Source: Gammaproteobacteria bacterium (GTDB lineage: Bacteria; Pseudomonadota; Gammaproteobacteria; Arenicellales; JAANXG01). Taken from it: a stretch of 33,538 bases of DNA. The stretch lies in assembly GCA_018263405.1 (NCBI GenBank), contig JAANXG010000038.1, positions 1-33,538 of the forward strand, written 5' to 3'. Both the position numbers and the translations under genes were made by a program. The notes under the pieces were generated by a model, which was given only the letters and a program-made list of their open reading frames with translations, was not told the DNA's origin and ran no database searches. This document shows positions 1-7,975 of the stretch, in pieces (position 1 is the stretch's first letter; the number at the start of each line of letters is the position of its first letter).

Positions 1-702
1 GTAGTAGGCGCCGTTGATCGTAATGTTGCCGAAGGTCGCCGCGGCGCCGAATGTGACGGCATCCAGCGTTTCGTCGTTACCCGCTTCGGTCGCTTGATCA
101 AAAATACCTTGCACGCTAAAAGTGAACGGATCGCTGCCGTAACCGCCCGATCCGTAGGTGTATTTCACGGCGTCGGACACACGCAAGCCAAATCCATCGT
201 CATTGATTTTACCCGTGGTTTCGTAGTAGGTGGCGCCGCCAAAGCCGTGCGAGCGGAAGTCGTTCCAGCCGAGGTACTCGTACAGCACGCCCCACTGGTT
301 ACCGACCTTCAACGATCCGAAACCGCCGGACAGGCTAACATTCGCGAGGCGCTTGTCCCAGGGCTCAGCGTCTTCCTTCACACTGCCGCGGCTGAAGGCG
401 GACGTGCCAAAGCCGATCTCAATCCGGTAGCCCGCGGTCAGGCCGTTGCCCAGATCCGTGCTGCCACGGAAACCGAATCGCGAGTTGGCCTGGTCACCCA
501 GGTGGAAATCGCTATCGGCACCGGCGGGCAGGAACATATTGCTGCCGACGCCACCGTTGCTGGTGTCGGCAAAGTCGCCCGTGACATTGACGAACCCGTA
601 AACTTGATGGTTGCCTTCGGCATCCACGGTCATCGCTTGGGCCGACACGGACGCCCCGCAGGCACCCGCAACAGCCACTGCAATTGCAGTTTTCTTAAAC
701 AT
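1..702 (-). CDS. Outer-membrane porin (general Gram-negative porin family), N-terminal part; the CDS runs off the left window edge
   Basis: Not in the supplied ORF track because there is no stop inside the window. The reverse complement of 702..1 is one open frame: MFKKTAIAVAVAGACGASVSAQA|MTVDAEGNHQVYGFVNVTGDF...GNITINGAYY. It has a basic n-region, hydrophobic core and AQA signal-peptidase site, followed by Gly/Tyr/Phe/Asp/Asn-rich alternating beta-strand composition typical of porins. The + strand ORF 94..729 is its antisense shadow. Confidence 0.7.
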   Translation of the reverse strand, partial: MFKKTAIAVAVAGACGASVSAQAMTVDAEGNHQVYGFVNVTGDFADTSNGGVGSNMFLPAGADSDFHLGDQANSRFGFRGSTDLGNGLTAGYRIEIGFGTSAFSRGSVKEDAEPWDKRLANVSLSGGFGSLKVGNQWGVLYEYLGWNDFRSHGFGGATYYETTGKINDDGFGLRVSDAVKYTYGSGGYGSDPFTFSVQGIFDQATEAGNDETLDAVTFGAAATFGNITINGAYY

Positions 703-1066
703 AGCTCATTAACCCTAAATTATCGTTAGTGTGAATAACTTGTACTGCCCGCTACAAACCGCAACGATTGTCAAATCGAGCAACGGTTGCCGCCGTTGCC
801 GTACTACAACAATTGTTGTTTTTGTAGCGTGAACGAGTTTATAGCACAAAAGATTTTTCAGTGCAACAAAACGAGAAAATGCTTTTTTACTTTCCAAACA
901 AGAACTTACGAGCTGCTGTCCGGTTAACCTTGCGACCCATTCAGGCCGTCCGCCGGGCGTCGCGAAACCACGTGAGTCCGTGTTGTGGAAACCTTTGTTG
1001 GCCTGAAACCACAATACACAACTTTATCGCTTATAATATCGCGGGTTTCTCGACGTTCGATTATTC

Positions 1067-2812
1067 ATGAGTCGCAAGCATTCGCGCCGTACCACGCATG
1101 GCAACTCTCCGGGCGCCGCACCGGCGGGCAATCCCGCGCGGCGTTGGCAGCGGGCCGTAACCGCCTACCAACGCGGTGACGCCGCAGAGGCCCGGCGCGC
1201 ATTGAAGCCTCTGCTCGAACACCCGTCGGCGGACGGCCATACCTTCCTGTTGGGGGGGATGGTCGAGGCGCAGCTCGCGAACTGGCCGCGCGCCGAGAGT
1301 TTTCTCGTTAAAGCCGTCGAAACGATCCCTGAAAGGCTGGAGGGGTGGCTGACTCTGGGCAACGTGCTGCACGCCCGGGGACGCATGGAGGAGGCTTCGA
1401 ACGCTTACCAAGAAGCGTCGACCCGGGCGCCCGGTAACGTGCAGGTATGGAACAACCTGGGTGTCGTCAACGAAGACATGGGCCGCATCCGGGATGCCCT
1501 CGACTACTACGAGCGCGCTTTGGAGATCGAGCCGGATTTTGCTCAATCCCTGCGGGGGCGCGCGGGCGTGCTGGGCCACCTGCGCTGGTTCGAGGAGGCG
1601 AAGCGGGCGTACGAGCAACTGTTCGGCCGGTTTCCGGATGACAAGGTGCTGCAGATCGAGTACGCCGAATTGTTGGAACAGGCAAACCGCCCGAAGGCCG
1701 CGGCGATGTATCTGCCCGGACCCGGTGTGCTTCGGGACACACTTGCCGACGCCCGGGCGGAATACTTGCGGGCTCAGCTATCGATACGCGAGGGGAAATT
1801 AAGCTCCGGTTTGGAGGGCCTGCGGCGGGCGCGCCAACGTACCGGCCAAGACTTTCTGTGCTATCGCGAAGGGACGATTCTCGATCGTCTGGGCCGTTAC
1901 CCGGAGGCCATGACGGCGTTCGCGCGGGGTAACGACTCACGGTCCAAACAGAAAAACTTCCAGCGCTTGCTCGCGCAGCCGGTGGCGGAATATCTCGATC
2001 ACAAGCTCGATAAAGGCGTCGAGTTATCCGCAACACCGGACGGCGAGAACGCAAGCGACGAAATCCTTCCGGTATTTATCACCGGCCTGCCGCGCTCGGG
2101 CACCACCTTGCTCGACCGGATGCTGAACGCGCATCCCGAAATCCAAGTGCTGGAGGAACTGGAAGGTTTGCGCATGGCCGAGGCCGCCTTGGCCGAAAAT
2201 GCCACCCCTGTCGAAGCCCGGCGCCTGTACTGGGATTTCATCAGGCGCCACGTACAGCCAAGACCGGGCGCAACGATTATCGACAAGAATCCACTGCACG
2301 TCATGCACCTGGACGTACTATCGAAACTATTCCCGGAGGCTTCCGTCATTTTCGTGCTGCGTCACCCCTACGACGCGGCCCTGAGCTGTTTTATGCAGGA
2401 TTTTAGCCCCGGGCCGGTCACGGCCCGCTTCCTAGAGCTCGGCTCCACCGCGGCGATTTGCGCGCGGTTCGTGAAGCTTATGCGACAGTACGAGGCGGCC
2501 TGCCCGCAGCGCACGATGCGGGTGCATTATGAAAATTTGGTTACGCGGTTCCAAGAGGAAGTGAAGCGCATTCTCGGGAAAATCGGGCTCGATTGGCACG
2601 AGGCGATCGAGGACTACGCGAACATTGCCGCCGGATCGGCGCCCATCATGACGGCAAGCTATGAACAAGTTACCCGAAAATTGTACAAAACATCCGTGGA
2701 GCGTTGGAAATATTACGAGCCGTGGCTGGGCCCGTTTCATAACGCGCTCGGCGAAGTGCTTGGCGATTTCGATTACGGGCGGGGAATTGATATCGACCCC
2801 GGAAGCGGTTAA
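1067..2812 (+). CDS. TPR-repeat protein with C-terminal sulfotransferase domain
   Basis: 581-aa ORF with ATG start. The N-terminal half has repeated TPR-like units (AEARRALKPLLE, WLTLGNVLHARGRMEEASNAYQEA, WNNLGVVNEDMGRIRDALDYYERALEIEPDF). The C-terminal half has a PAPS-binding loop (PVFITGLPRSGTTLLDRMLNAHPE) and a later FVLRHPYDAALS segment typical of the Sulfotransfer_1/3 families. Confidence 0.8.
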   Translation: MSRKHSRRTTHGNSPGAAPAGNPARRWQRAVTAYQRGDAAEARRALKPLLEHPSADGHTFLLGGMVEAQLANWPRAESFLVKAVETIPERLEGWLTLGNVLHARGRMEEASNAYQEASTRAPGNVQVWNNLGVVNEDMGRIRDALDYYERALEIEPDFAQSLRGRAGVLGHLRWFEEAKRAYEQLFGRFPDDKVLQIEYAELLEQANRPKAAAMYLPGPGVLRDTLADARAEYLRAQLSIREGKLSSGLEGLRRARQRTGQDFLCYREGTILDRLGRYPEAMTAFARGNDSRSKQKNFQRLLAQPVAEYLDHKLDKGVELSATPDGENASDEILPVFITGLPRSGTTLLDRMLNAHPEIQVLEELEGLRMAEAALAENATPVEARRLYWDFIRRHVQPRPGATIIDKNPLHVMHLDVLSKLFPEASVIFVLRHPYDAALSCFMQDFSPGPVTARFLELGSTAAICARFVKLMRQYEAACPQRTMRVHYENLVTRFQEEVKRILGKIGLDWHEAIEDYANIAAGSAPIMTASYEQVTRKLYKTSVERWKYYEPWLGPFHNALGEVLGDFDYGRGIDIDPGSG

Positions 2813-2851
2813 TCTCACGGCCGGTTCAGCAACACCGGATAGATCGACCCG

Positions 2852-3544
2852 TTGAAATATCGTCCCCTGCTTGTCGTGGCGGAGCGCAACAAATCATCCG
2901 CCGCCAAGGGACCGTTGGTTCCCTTCCTATTCTCCGCCATCGCGGCGCTGGCACCATTCTCCTCCCCCGCTGCTTCCCACGGGGCGGGGCTTGACGATAT
3001 TCCAATATGCCACGGCTTTGGATGCCGGAACAAAGAAACCGCGTCGATTTCCGAAGCAGAGTGGAAACAGATCAAAGCGTTCTTCAGCGATCCCGCTGAA
3101 TCCCCGAAAGAGGAGCGTGAACAAATCAGAAAAGCCGCCGGCTGGTTCGAGGTGGTCATCGGCCGTCATACTCCGATTCACCTGGATAAAGGCAAGAACG
3201 AGTACCCCGGCCGTATTAAGACCGCCGGGCCGGCCACGACGGAAGACGGCCCGAACGGAACCACCGTGGGGCAGATGGACTGTATCGACGAGTCGTTGAA
3301 CACAACCACCTATCTGACCCTGATGGAAAAAGCCGGGCTGTTCAGATACCACCGAGTCGTGGAGCGGGCGCATCGGAAGTCGGCGTTCGACCAGCATTAC
3401 GCGGGCCAGATCGAGGAGCTCCGAAGGGGGGCCCGGTGGGTCGTCGACTCGTGGTTCTACGACTATGGCAGCCTACCCTACGTTGAAGAAGCCACGGAGT
3501 GGTATGACATACCCTATTTGTTCAGCACATCGTTTCCGGAATAG
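2852..3544 (+). CDS. Secreted or periplasmic hypothetical protein
   Basis: 230-aa ORF with a TTG start at 2852; an in-frame GTG at 2876 is an alternative. It has a signal-peptide-like N-terminus (GPLVPFLFSAIAALAPFSSPAASHG) and non-shadow amino-acid composition. No family was recognised. Confidence 0.5.
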   Translation: MKYRPLLVVAERNKSSAAKGPLVPFLFSAIAALAPFSSPAASHGAGLDDIPICHGFGCRNKETASISEAEWKQIKAFFSDPAESPKEEREQIRKAAGWFEVVIGRHTPIHLDKGKNEYPGRIKTAGPATTEDGPNGTTVGQMDCIDESLNTTTYLTLMEKAGLFRYHRVVERAHRKSAFDQHYAGQIEELRRGARWVVDSWFYDYGSLPYVEEATEWYDIPYLFSTSFPE

Positions 3545-3710
3545 CGCCCTGCGCTTGGATGGGATCCAGCGGGTTGGGCATCGACCCGCCCGAACGCAAG
3601 CGACGCGATGCACAGGATCGATCGCGCATGCGGTAAAGTGGAGTCCCGATTCGCTACTGACGAGGCGATGCTGTCGAGGATTATCCCCGACACGATGCGG
3701 GAGGGCACTC

Positions 3711-5747
3711 CTACAAATCCTTGCAGATACGAAGGGAATCGTAGATGGCCGAGTGAATGTTCCGGCTGGCCACGGCGTCCCCAACGCGGAATAGATCAAA
3801 ACGGCCGTCCGGATTGGCTTGCGGCTTCTCCAGGCGGCCGTTCAGCAGTGAGGTGGAATCGACCTCCCCCCGGTTGATCGCCATATCCTTCAGTTCGAAA
3901 TACAGGTCATCCACCGGCAGCGTACCGTGCTCCACGATCACTTGATCCACGAGCTGTTCCTGCCGGCTGTCGTCGAATTCGTTGTACAAATGCGCTTTCA
4001 ACCGGCCATCGGAACGTTCCACCCCGACGAGCCGGAGGGTCGGCGACATCGTGACGCCGTTTTCGTGGAAGGTTTTCAGATAAGCGGGAATATTCGTGCC
4101 GCCCACTTCCTGCCCGATCAGGCGATCGGGTGTGGCGATCTCCACGCTGCTGCCCGCGTGAACCAGGTACTCGGCGCAGGACAACCCCTGGTGCTGGCCG
4201 TGGTCGTCAAACACCAGTACCTCCTTCGCCGGGGGCACCTGGCCCCCGAGTATGTCCCAGGTGGTGGTAACGAGCTCATCGCCGCTTTTCAGAAACGCGG
4301 TATTCGGCAGCCCCCCCGTCGCGACAACCACCGCGTCCGGCTCCAGCTGGAGCACGCTTTCGCTATCGGCCAGACAGTTGAACCGCGTCTCGACGCCGGC
4401 CGCTTCGGCCTCGGCGCTCAGCCACTCGGTGATGCCGATGATTTCCCGGCGGCGTTCCACTTTGGCAGCCAGCAGCACCTGACCGCCGGGCTGGGCGGCC
4501 GCTTCGAGCAGCGTGACCCGGTGACCGCGCCGGGCACAGACCCGCGCCGCCTCCAGGCCGGCCGGTCCGGCACCGACGACCACCACCCGCCGCTGCCGGG
4601 AGGCGGGCACGATGTCGTGGGGCATGTGCCGCTCCCTGCCGGTGGCGGGGTTGTGGATGCACAAGGCGTCGCCCGGTTCATACAGGCGGTCAATGCAATA
4701 CCCCATACCGACGCACGGGCGGATCCGGTCTTCTTGTCCCCGCTCGATCTTGCGGGTGATGTGGGGATCCGCCATGTGTGCCCGGGTCATGCCCACCAGG
4801 TCCAGGGCGCCGCCGGCGATCGCGTGCCGGGCCGTGGCCACATCGTTGATGCGCGCGGAATGCAGTACCGGTATCTCGAGCGCCTCCTTGATCGTTCTAC
4901 AGAAGTCGAGGTTGGGGCCGCTGGGCGTGCCCATGTTGGGAATGACTTTCGACAAACCCTTGTCGGTATCGATATGTCCGCGGATCACGTTGATGAAATC
5001 GATGGCCCCGGTATCCACTAGCCGGCGGGCAATCTCCAGGCCCTCGTCGAAGTGGAGGCCGCCGTCCAGCGCTTCGTCTAGCACCATGCGCACCCCAACG
5101 ATATAGCCCCCGCCGACCTGCCGGCGAACCTCGTCCAGGACTTCGAGACTGAAGCGCATGCGCTTGTCCAGACTGCCGCCGTATTCATCCGCCCGCCGGT
5201 TCATGCGCGTGGCCCAGAATGCGTCGAACAAGTGGCCGTAGGCCTGGATTTCGACGCCGTCCAGGCCCCCTTCCCGGCACCGCCGCGCACCTTGACCGTA
5301 ACTGCGCACCGCACGCGCAATATCGAAATCCTCCATGGGTTTGGGAAAGGATCGATGGGCGGGCTCGCGCACGCAGGACGGCCAAAGGGTCGGAAACCAA
5401 TGCCCGGAGTACGAGGATGAGCGGCGCCCCAGATGGGTGATCTGACACATGATGCCCGCGCCGTGGGCGTGGACCCGTTCCGCAAGCCGCCGGAAGTGAG
5501 GGATGATTTCGTCACCGCCCACGTCCAGATTACCGAAAGCCGGGGCGCAATCCCGCGCCACGAGCGCCGAACCGCCGAACATGGTCAGGCCTAACCCGCC
5601 CTTGGCCTTTTCCTCCTGGTAGAGCTGGTAACGTTCGGTGGGGAGTCCGTTCTCGCTGTAGCTCGGTTCGTGGGCCGCACTGAAGATGCGGTTTTTCAGT
5701 TGCAGGTGCTTCAGCGTGAACGCTTGCAGTAAGGGGTCATTCTTCAT
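3711..5747 (-). CDS. FMN/FAD two-domain oxidoreductase of the N-methylproline demethylase (StcD) / DgcA / 2,4-dienoyl-CoA reductase family
   Basis: 678-aa ORF. The N-terminus (MKNDPLLQAFTLKHLQLKNRIFSAAHEPSYSENGLPTERYQLYQEEKAKGGLGL...QITHLGRR) is an OYE-type TIM barrel closely resembling StcD-type N-methylproline demethylases. The central segment RPCVGMGYCIDRLYEPGDALCIHNP has only 3 Cys. The C-terminal part has an NAD/FAD Rossmann motif (VVVVGAGPAGLEAARV). Confidence 0.8.
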   Translation of the reverse strand: MKNDPLLQAFTLKHLQLKNRIFSAAHEPSYSENGLPTERYQLYQEEKAKGGLGLTMFGGSALVARDCAPAFGNLDVGGDEIIPHFRRLAERVHAHGAGIMCQITHLGRRSSSYSGHWFPTLWPSCVREPAHRSFPKPMEDFDIARAVRSYGQGARRCREGGLDGVEIQAYGHLFDAFWATRMNRRADEYGGSLDKRMRFSLEVLDEVRRQVGGGYIVGVRMVLDEALDGGLHFDEGLEIARRLVDTGAIDFINVIRGHIDTDKGLSKVIPNMGTPSGPNLDFCRTIKEALEIPVLHSARINDVATARHAIAGGALDLVGMTRAHMADPHITRKIERGQEDRIRPCVGMGYCIDRLYEPGDALCIHNPATGRERHMPHDIVPASRQRRVVVVGAGPAGLEAARVCARRGHRVTLLEAAAQPGGQVLLAAKVERRREIIGITEWLSAEAEAAGVETRFNCLADSESVLQLEPDAVVVATGGLPNTAFLKSGDELVTTTWDILGGQVPPAKEVLVFDDHGQHQGLSCAEYLVHAGSSVEIATPDRLIGQEVGGTNIPAYLKTFHENGVTMSPTLRLVGVERSDGRLKAHLYNEFDDSRQEQLVDQVIVEHGTLPVDDLYFELKDMAINRGEVDSTSLLNGRLEKPQANPDGRFDLFRVGDAVASRNIHSAIYDSLRICKDL

Positions 5748-5762
5748 TGCATCACCTTGTCG

Positions 5763-5936
5763 GGAATTATGAATTATGGTGACAGTGAATTATGGTGAAT
5801 TATGGTGACAGTTACCTTAATTCACCATTTCTACCGCGCATGCACGACGAACATCGTGTCGCCGGCACATAACCCTCAGCGCTCATTCCTGGAATTAAGG
5901 TAACTGTCACCATAATTCATGGTCACCATAATTCAT
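5763..5936. repeat. Composite inverted/tandem repeat element between the two flavoprotein genes
   Basis: A 28-bp perfect inverted repeat: tgaattatggtgacagttaccttaattc (5796..5823) and its reverse complement (5892..5919), with a 68-nt spacer. The motif gaattatggtga occurs 3 times in direct orientation on the left (5771, 5787, 5797) and 2 times inverted on the right (gtcaccataattc at 5906 and 5922). Confidence 0.8.
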
Positions 5937-5947
5937 GCGCGCCCGGA

Positions 5948-7957
5948 TCACACTGCCATGCCAAGCTTGCGCCCCTCATAGATTGCCATCACGACCAGCC
6001 GCGGCGCGACGCAGTCGCCGATGGCGTGCACCTCCATGCCGCTGTCGGCGAGCTCGTCAGCCAGCCAGGTCTGTGCCTCGCTGATCGTGGCGGTCACCAG
6101 GGTGTCGGCCTCGATGCGCGTCTTGCCGCCGTCGAGCAGATTCACCACGTCGGCGGCATCGCCGTGCCACTCGGTAATCGCACTATCTCCGACCTCGACC
6201 ACGCCCAAGCGCTTCAGGCGCGCGCGCAACGGCACGTCCGCCGCCGTGCGCGCCAGCTCGACCCCAACAACCGGGTGGCGCGTAACGATGGTGACCTGGT
6301 GCCCCGCCTCTGCAAGATGCCACGCGGTCCCCGCGCCGTGCCAATGGCCAAGATCGTCCAGCAGGATAACACGCCGGCCGGGCCGGGCTACGCGGCCCAT
6401 GACGTCATCGATCGTGCAGACCCGGCCCCGGTCGATGCCGGGCAGCCGCTCGACCTGGGGCAAGGCCCGCTGAAAGCCGCTCTCAGCGGGCAGCGAACCG
6501 GTCGCCACGACCACGGTATCGGCCCCGTAGGCTGGGACATCCCGGGCTTCCACGGGCGTGTTGTACCGCACCTCGACCCCGCAACGTTCGAGCTCGCGCG
6601 TCCACCACTCGATGAGCTCGGCGATCTGGCCCCGCCGGGGCTGCAGCCCGGCATAGAAAAACCGCCCCCCCAGCCGGGGGCTCGCCTCGGCAAGAGTAAC
6701 CGCGTGGCCCCGCCCGGTGGCCACACGCGCCGCCTCGAGTCCGGCCGGTCCACCACCGACGACCAGAATCTTGCACGGTGTTTTGGTCCTGGCCGGGGCG
6801 TCACCGCCCCATTCGAACTCGCGCCCGGTCGACGGGTTCACCAAGCAGGAGATCCAGTAGTCGCGGTAACGCCGGCCCCAGCACATCTGGTTGCACGACA
6901 GGCAAGGCCGGATCTCCGCCTCGCGCCCTTCCCGGGCCTTGTTGCCCAGGTACGGGTCGGCAATCTGGCCGCGCACGATCGATACCAGGTCGGCCTGGCC
7001 GGCGCCAAGAACGGTGTTGGCGTTCTCGGCGGTACGCACGTGGCTCTCGCACTGTACCTTCGCGTGCCGCGTCACCTGCTTGAGCGCTTCGGCGAACGGC
7101 GCTCCGAGCTTGTCCGCGTAGAGGACCGTGGGCATCAGCGGGTAGAAGTCGAAATAACTGCCCGTGCCGCAGGTGACATAGTCCATCAGCGCGCGCTCGT
7201 CGTGCCAGGCAACGAGCTCCTGCATGGCCTCGATCGACAGCGATACCTCGACTCCCGGGTGCATATTGACCGCGAGGCCGATGATGAAGTCGTCGCCGCA
7301 GCGGCGGCGGATCCGGTCGAGCAGGGTCGCGGAAAATCGCATGCGGTTGTCGAACGACCCGCCCCATCGGTCATCTCGACGATTCGACCAGGGTGTCCAG
7401 AACTGATCGATCAGCGCATGATAGGCTGCGAACAGCTCCACACCCTCGAAGCCGGACTCCTTCGCCCGCCACGCCGCATCCTCGAAGCATTGCAGCGTCT
7501 CCTCGATCTCGGCTTCCGTCATGGCATGACTGCCGTCGGAATCGTGGTACGAGGGCAGGCCCGAGGGCGACCAGTTCGCGTGGAACGAATTGTCATAATC
7601 GCCATGCTCGCCGACGTGATAAAGCTGCTGCAGCACGACCACGTCGTATTGCTTAACGGCCTCGGCGATGCGCCGAAAATACGGAATGACCGCGTCGTCA
7701 CAAGGCCGGTAATTGCGCGCCGTCAGCACCGCGGCCGGATGCACCGGCATCGGCTCGGTGACGATCATGGCGGCGCCCCCGCGGGCCCGTTCCTCGTAGT
7801 AGCCGCGGTGACGCTCGCTCGGCAGACCGTTATCCGCCATGTTCGCCGTATGCGCCCCGAACACGAGGCGGTTCTTGAGGCGCTTGTGCCGCAACTCGAG
7901 CGGCTGGAACAGGTGGCAGAACGGTTGCTCACCCATGGTCAAGTAGTACTCCTTCAA
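5948..7957 (-). CDS. FMN / 4Fe-4S / FAD oxidoreductase (DgcA / trimethylamine-dehydrogenase / 2,4-dienoyl-CoA reductase family), paralogue of 3711..5747
   Basis: 669-aa ORF with an OYE-like N-terminal domain (LKNRLVFGAHTANMADNGLPSERHRGYYEERARGGAAMIV). It has the canonical Fe-S motif C-x2-C-x3-C-x11-C (RPCLSCNQMCWGRRYRDYWISCLVNP), then ILVVGGGPAGLEAARV. The start is ambiguous: TTG at 7957, or ATG at 7936, which lies 12 nt downstream of an AAGGAG. Confidence 0.8.
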   Translation of the reverse strand: MKEYYLTMGEQPFCHLFQPLELRHKRLKNRLVFGAHTANMADNGLPSERHRGYYEERARGGAAMIVTEPMPVHPAAVLTARNYRPCDDAVIPYFRRIAEAVKQYDVVVLQQLYHVGEHGDYDNSFHANWSPSGLPSYHDSDGSHAMTEAEIEETLQCFEDAAWRAKESGFEGVELFAAYHALIDQFWTPWSNRRDDRWGGSFDNRMRFSATLLDRIRRRCGDDFIIGLAVNMHPGVEVSLSIEAMQELVAWHDERALMDYVTCGTGSYFDFYPLMPTVLYADKLGAPFAEALKQVTRHAKVQCESHVRTAENANTVLGAGQADLVSIVRGQIADPYLGNKAREGREAEIRPCLSCNQMCWGRRYRDYWISCLVNPSTGREFEWGGDAPARTKTPCKILVVGGGPAGLEAARVATGRGHAVTLAEASPRLGGRFFYAGLQPRRGQIAELIEWWTRELERCGVEVRYNTPVEARDVPAYGADTVVVATGSLPAESGFQRALPQVERLPGIDRGRVCTIDDVMGRVARPGRRVILLDDLGHWHGAGTAWHLAEAGHQVTIVTRHPVVGVELARTAADVPLRARLKRLGVVEVGDSAITEWHGDAADVVNLLDGGKTRIEADTLVTATISEAQTWLADELADSGMEVHAIGDCVAPRLVVMAIYEGRKLGMAV

Positions 7958-7975
7958 GCTGATATTGACGAGGTA

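Noticed and set aside
94-729. 211-aa + strand ORF at the left edge
   Set aside because: It is the antisense shadow of the porin gene. The minus strand gives a clean signal peptide and porin-like sequence, whereas this frame is Ala/Gly/Val/Arg-rich with no motif.
5763-5936. CRISPR-like array of gaattatggtgac units
   Set aside because: The units are only 12-13 nt, partly overlapping, lack unique spacers and occur in both orientations. No cas genes are present.
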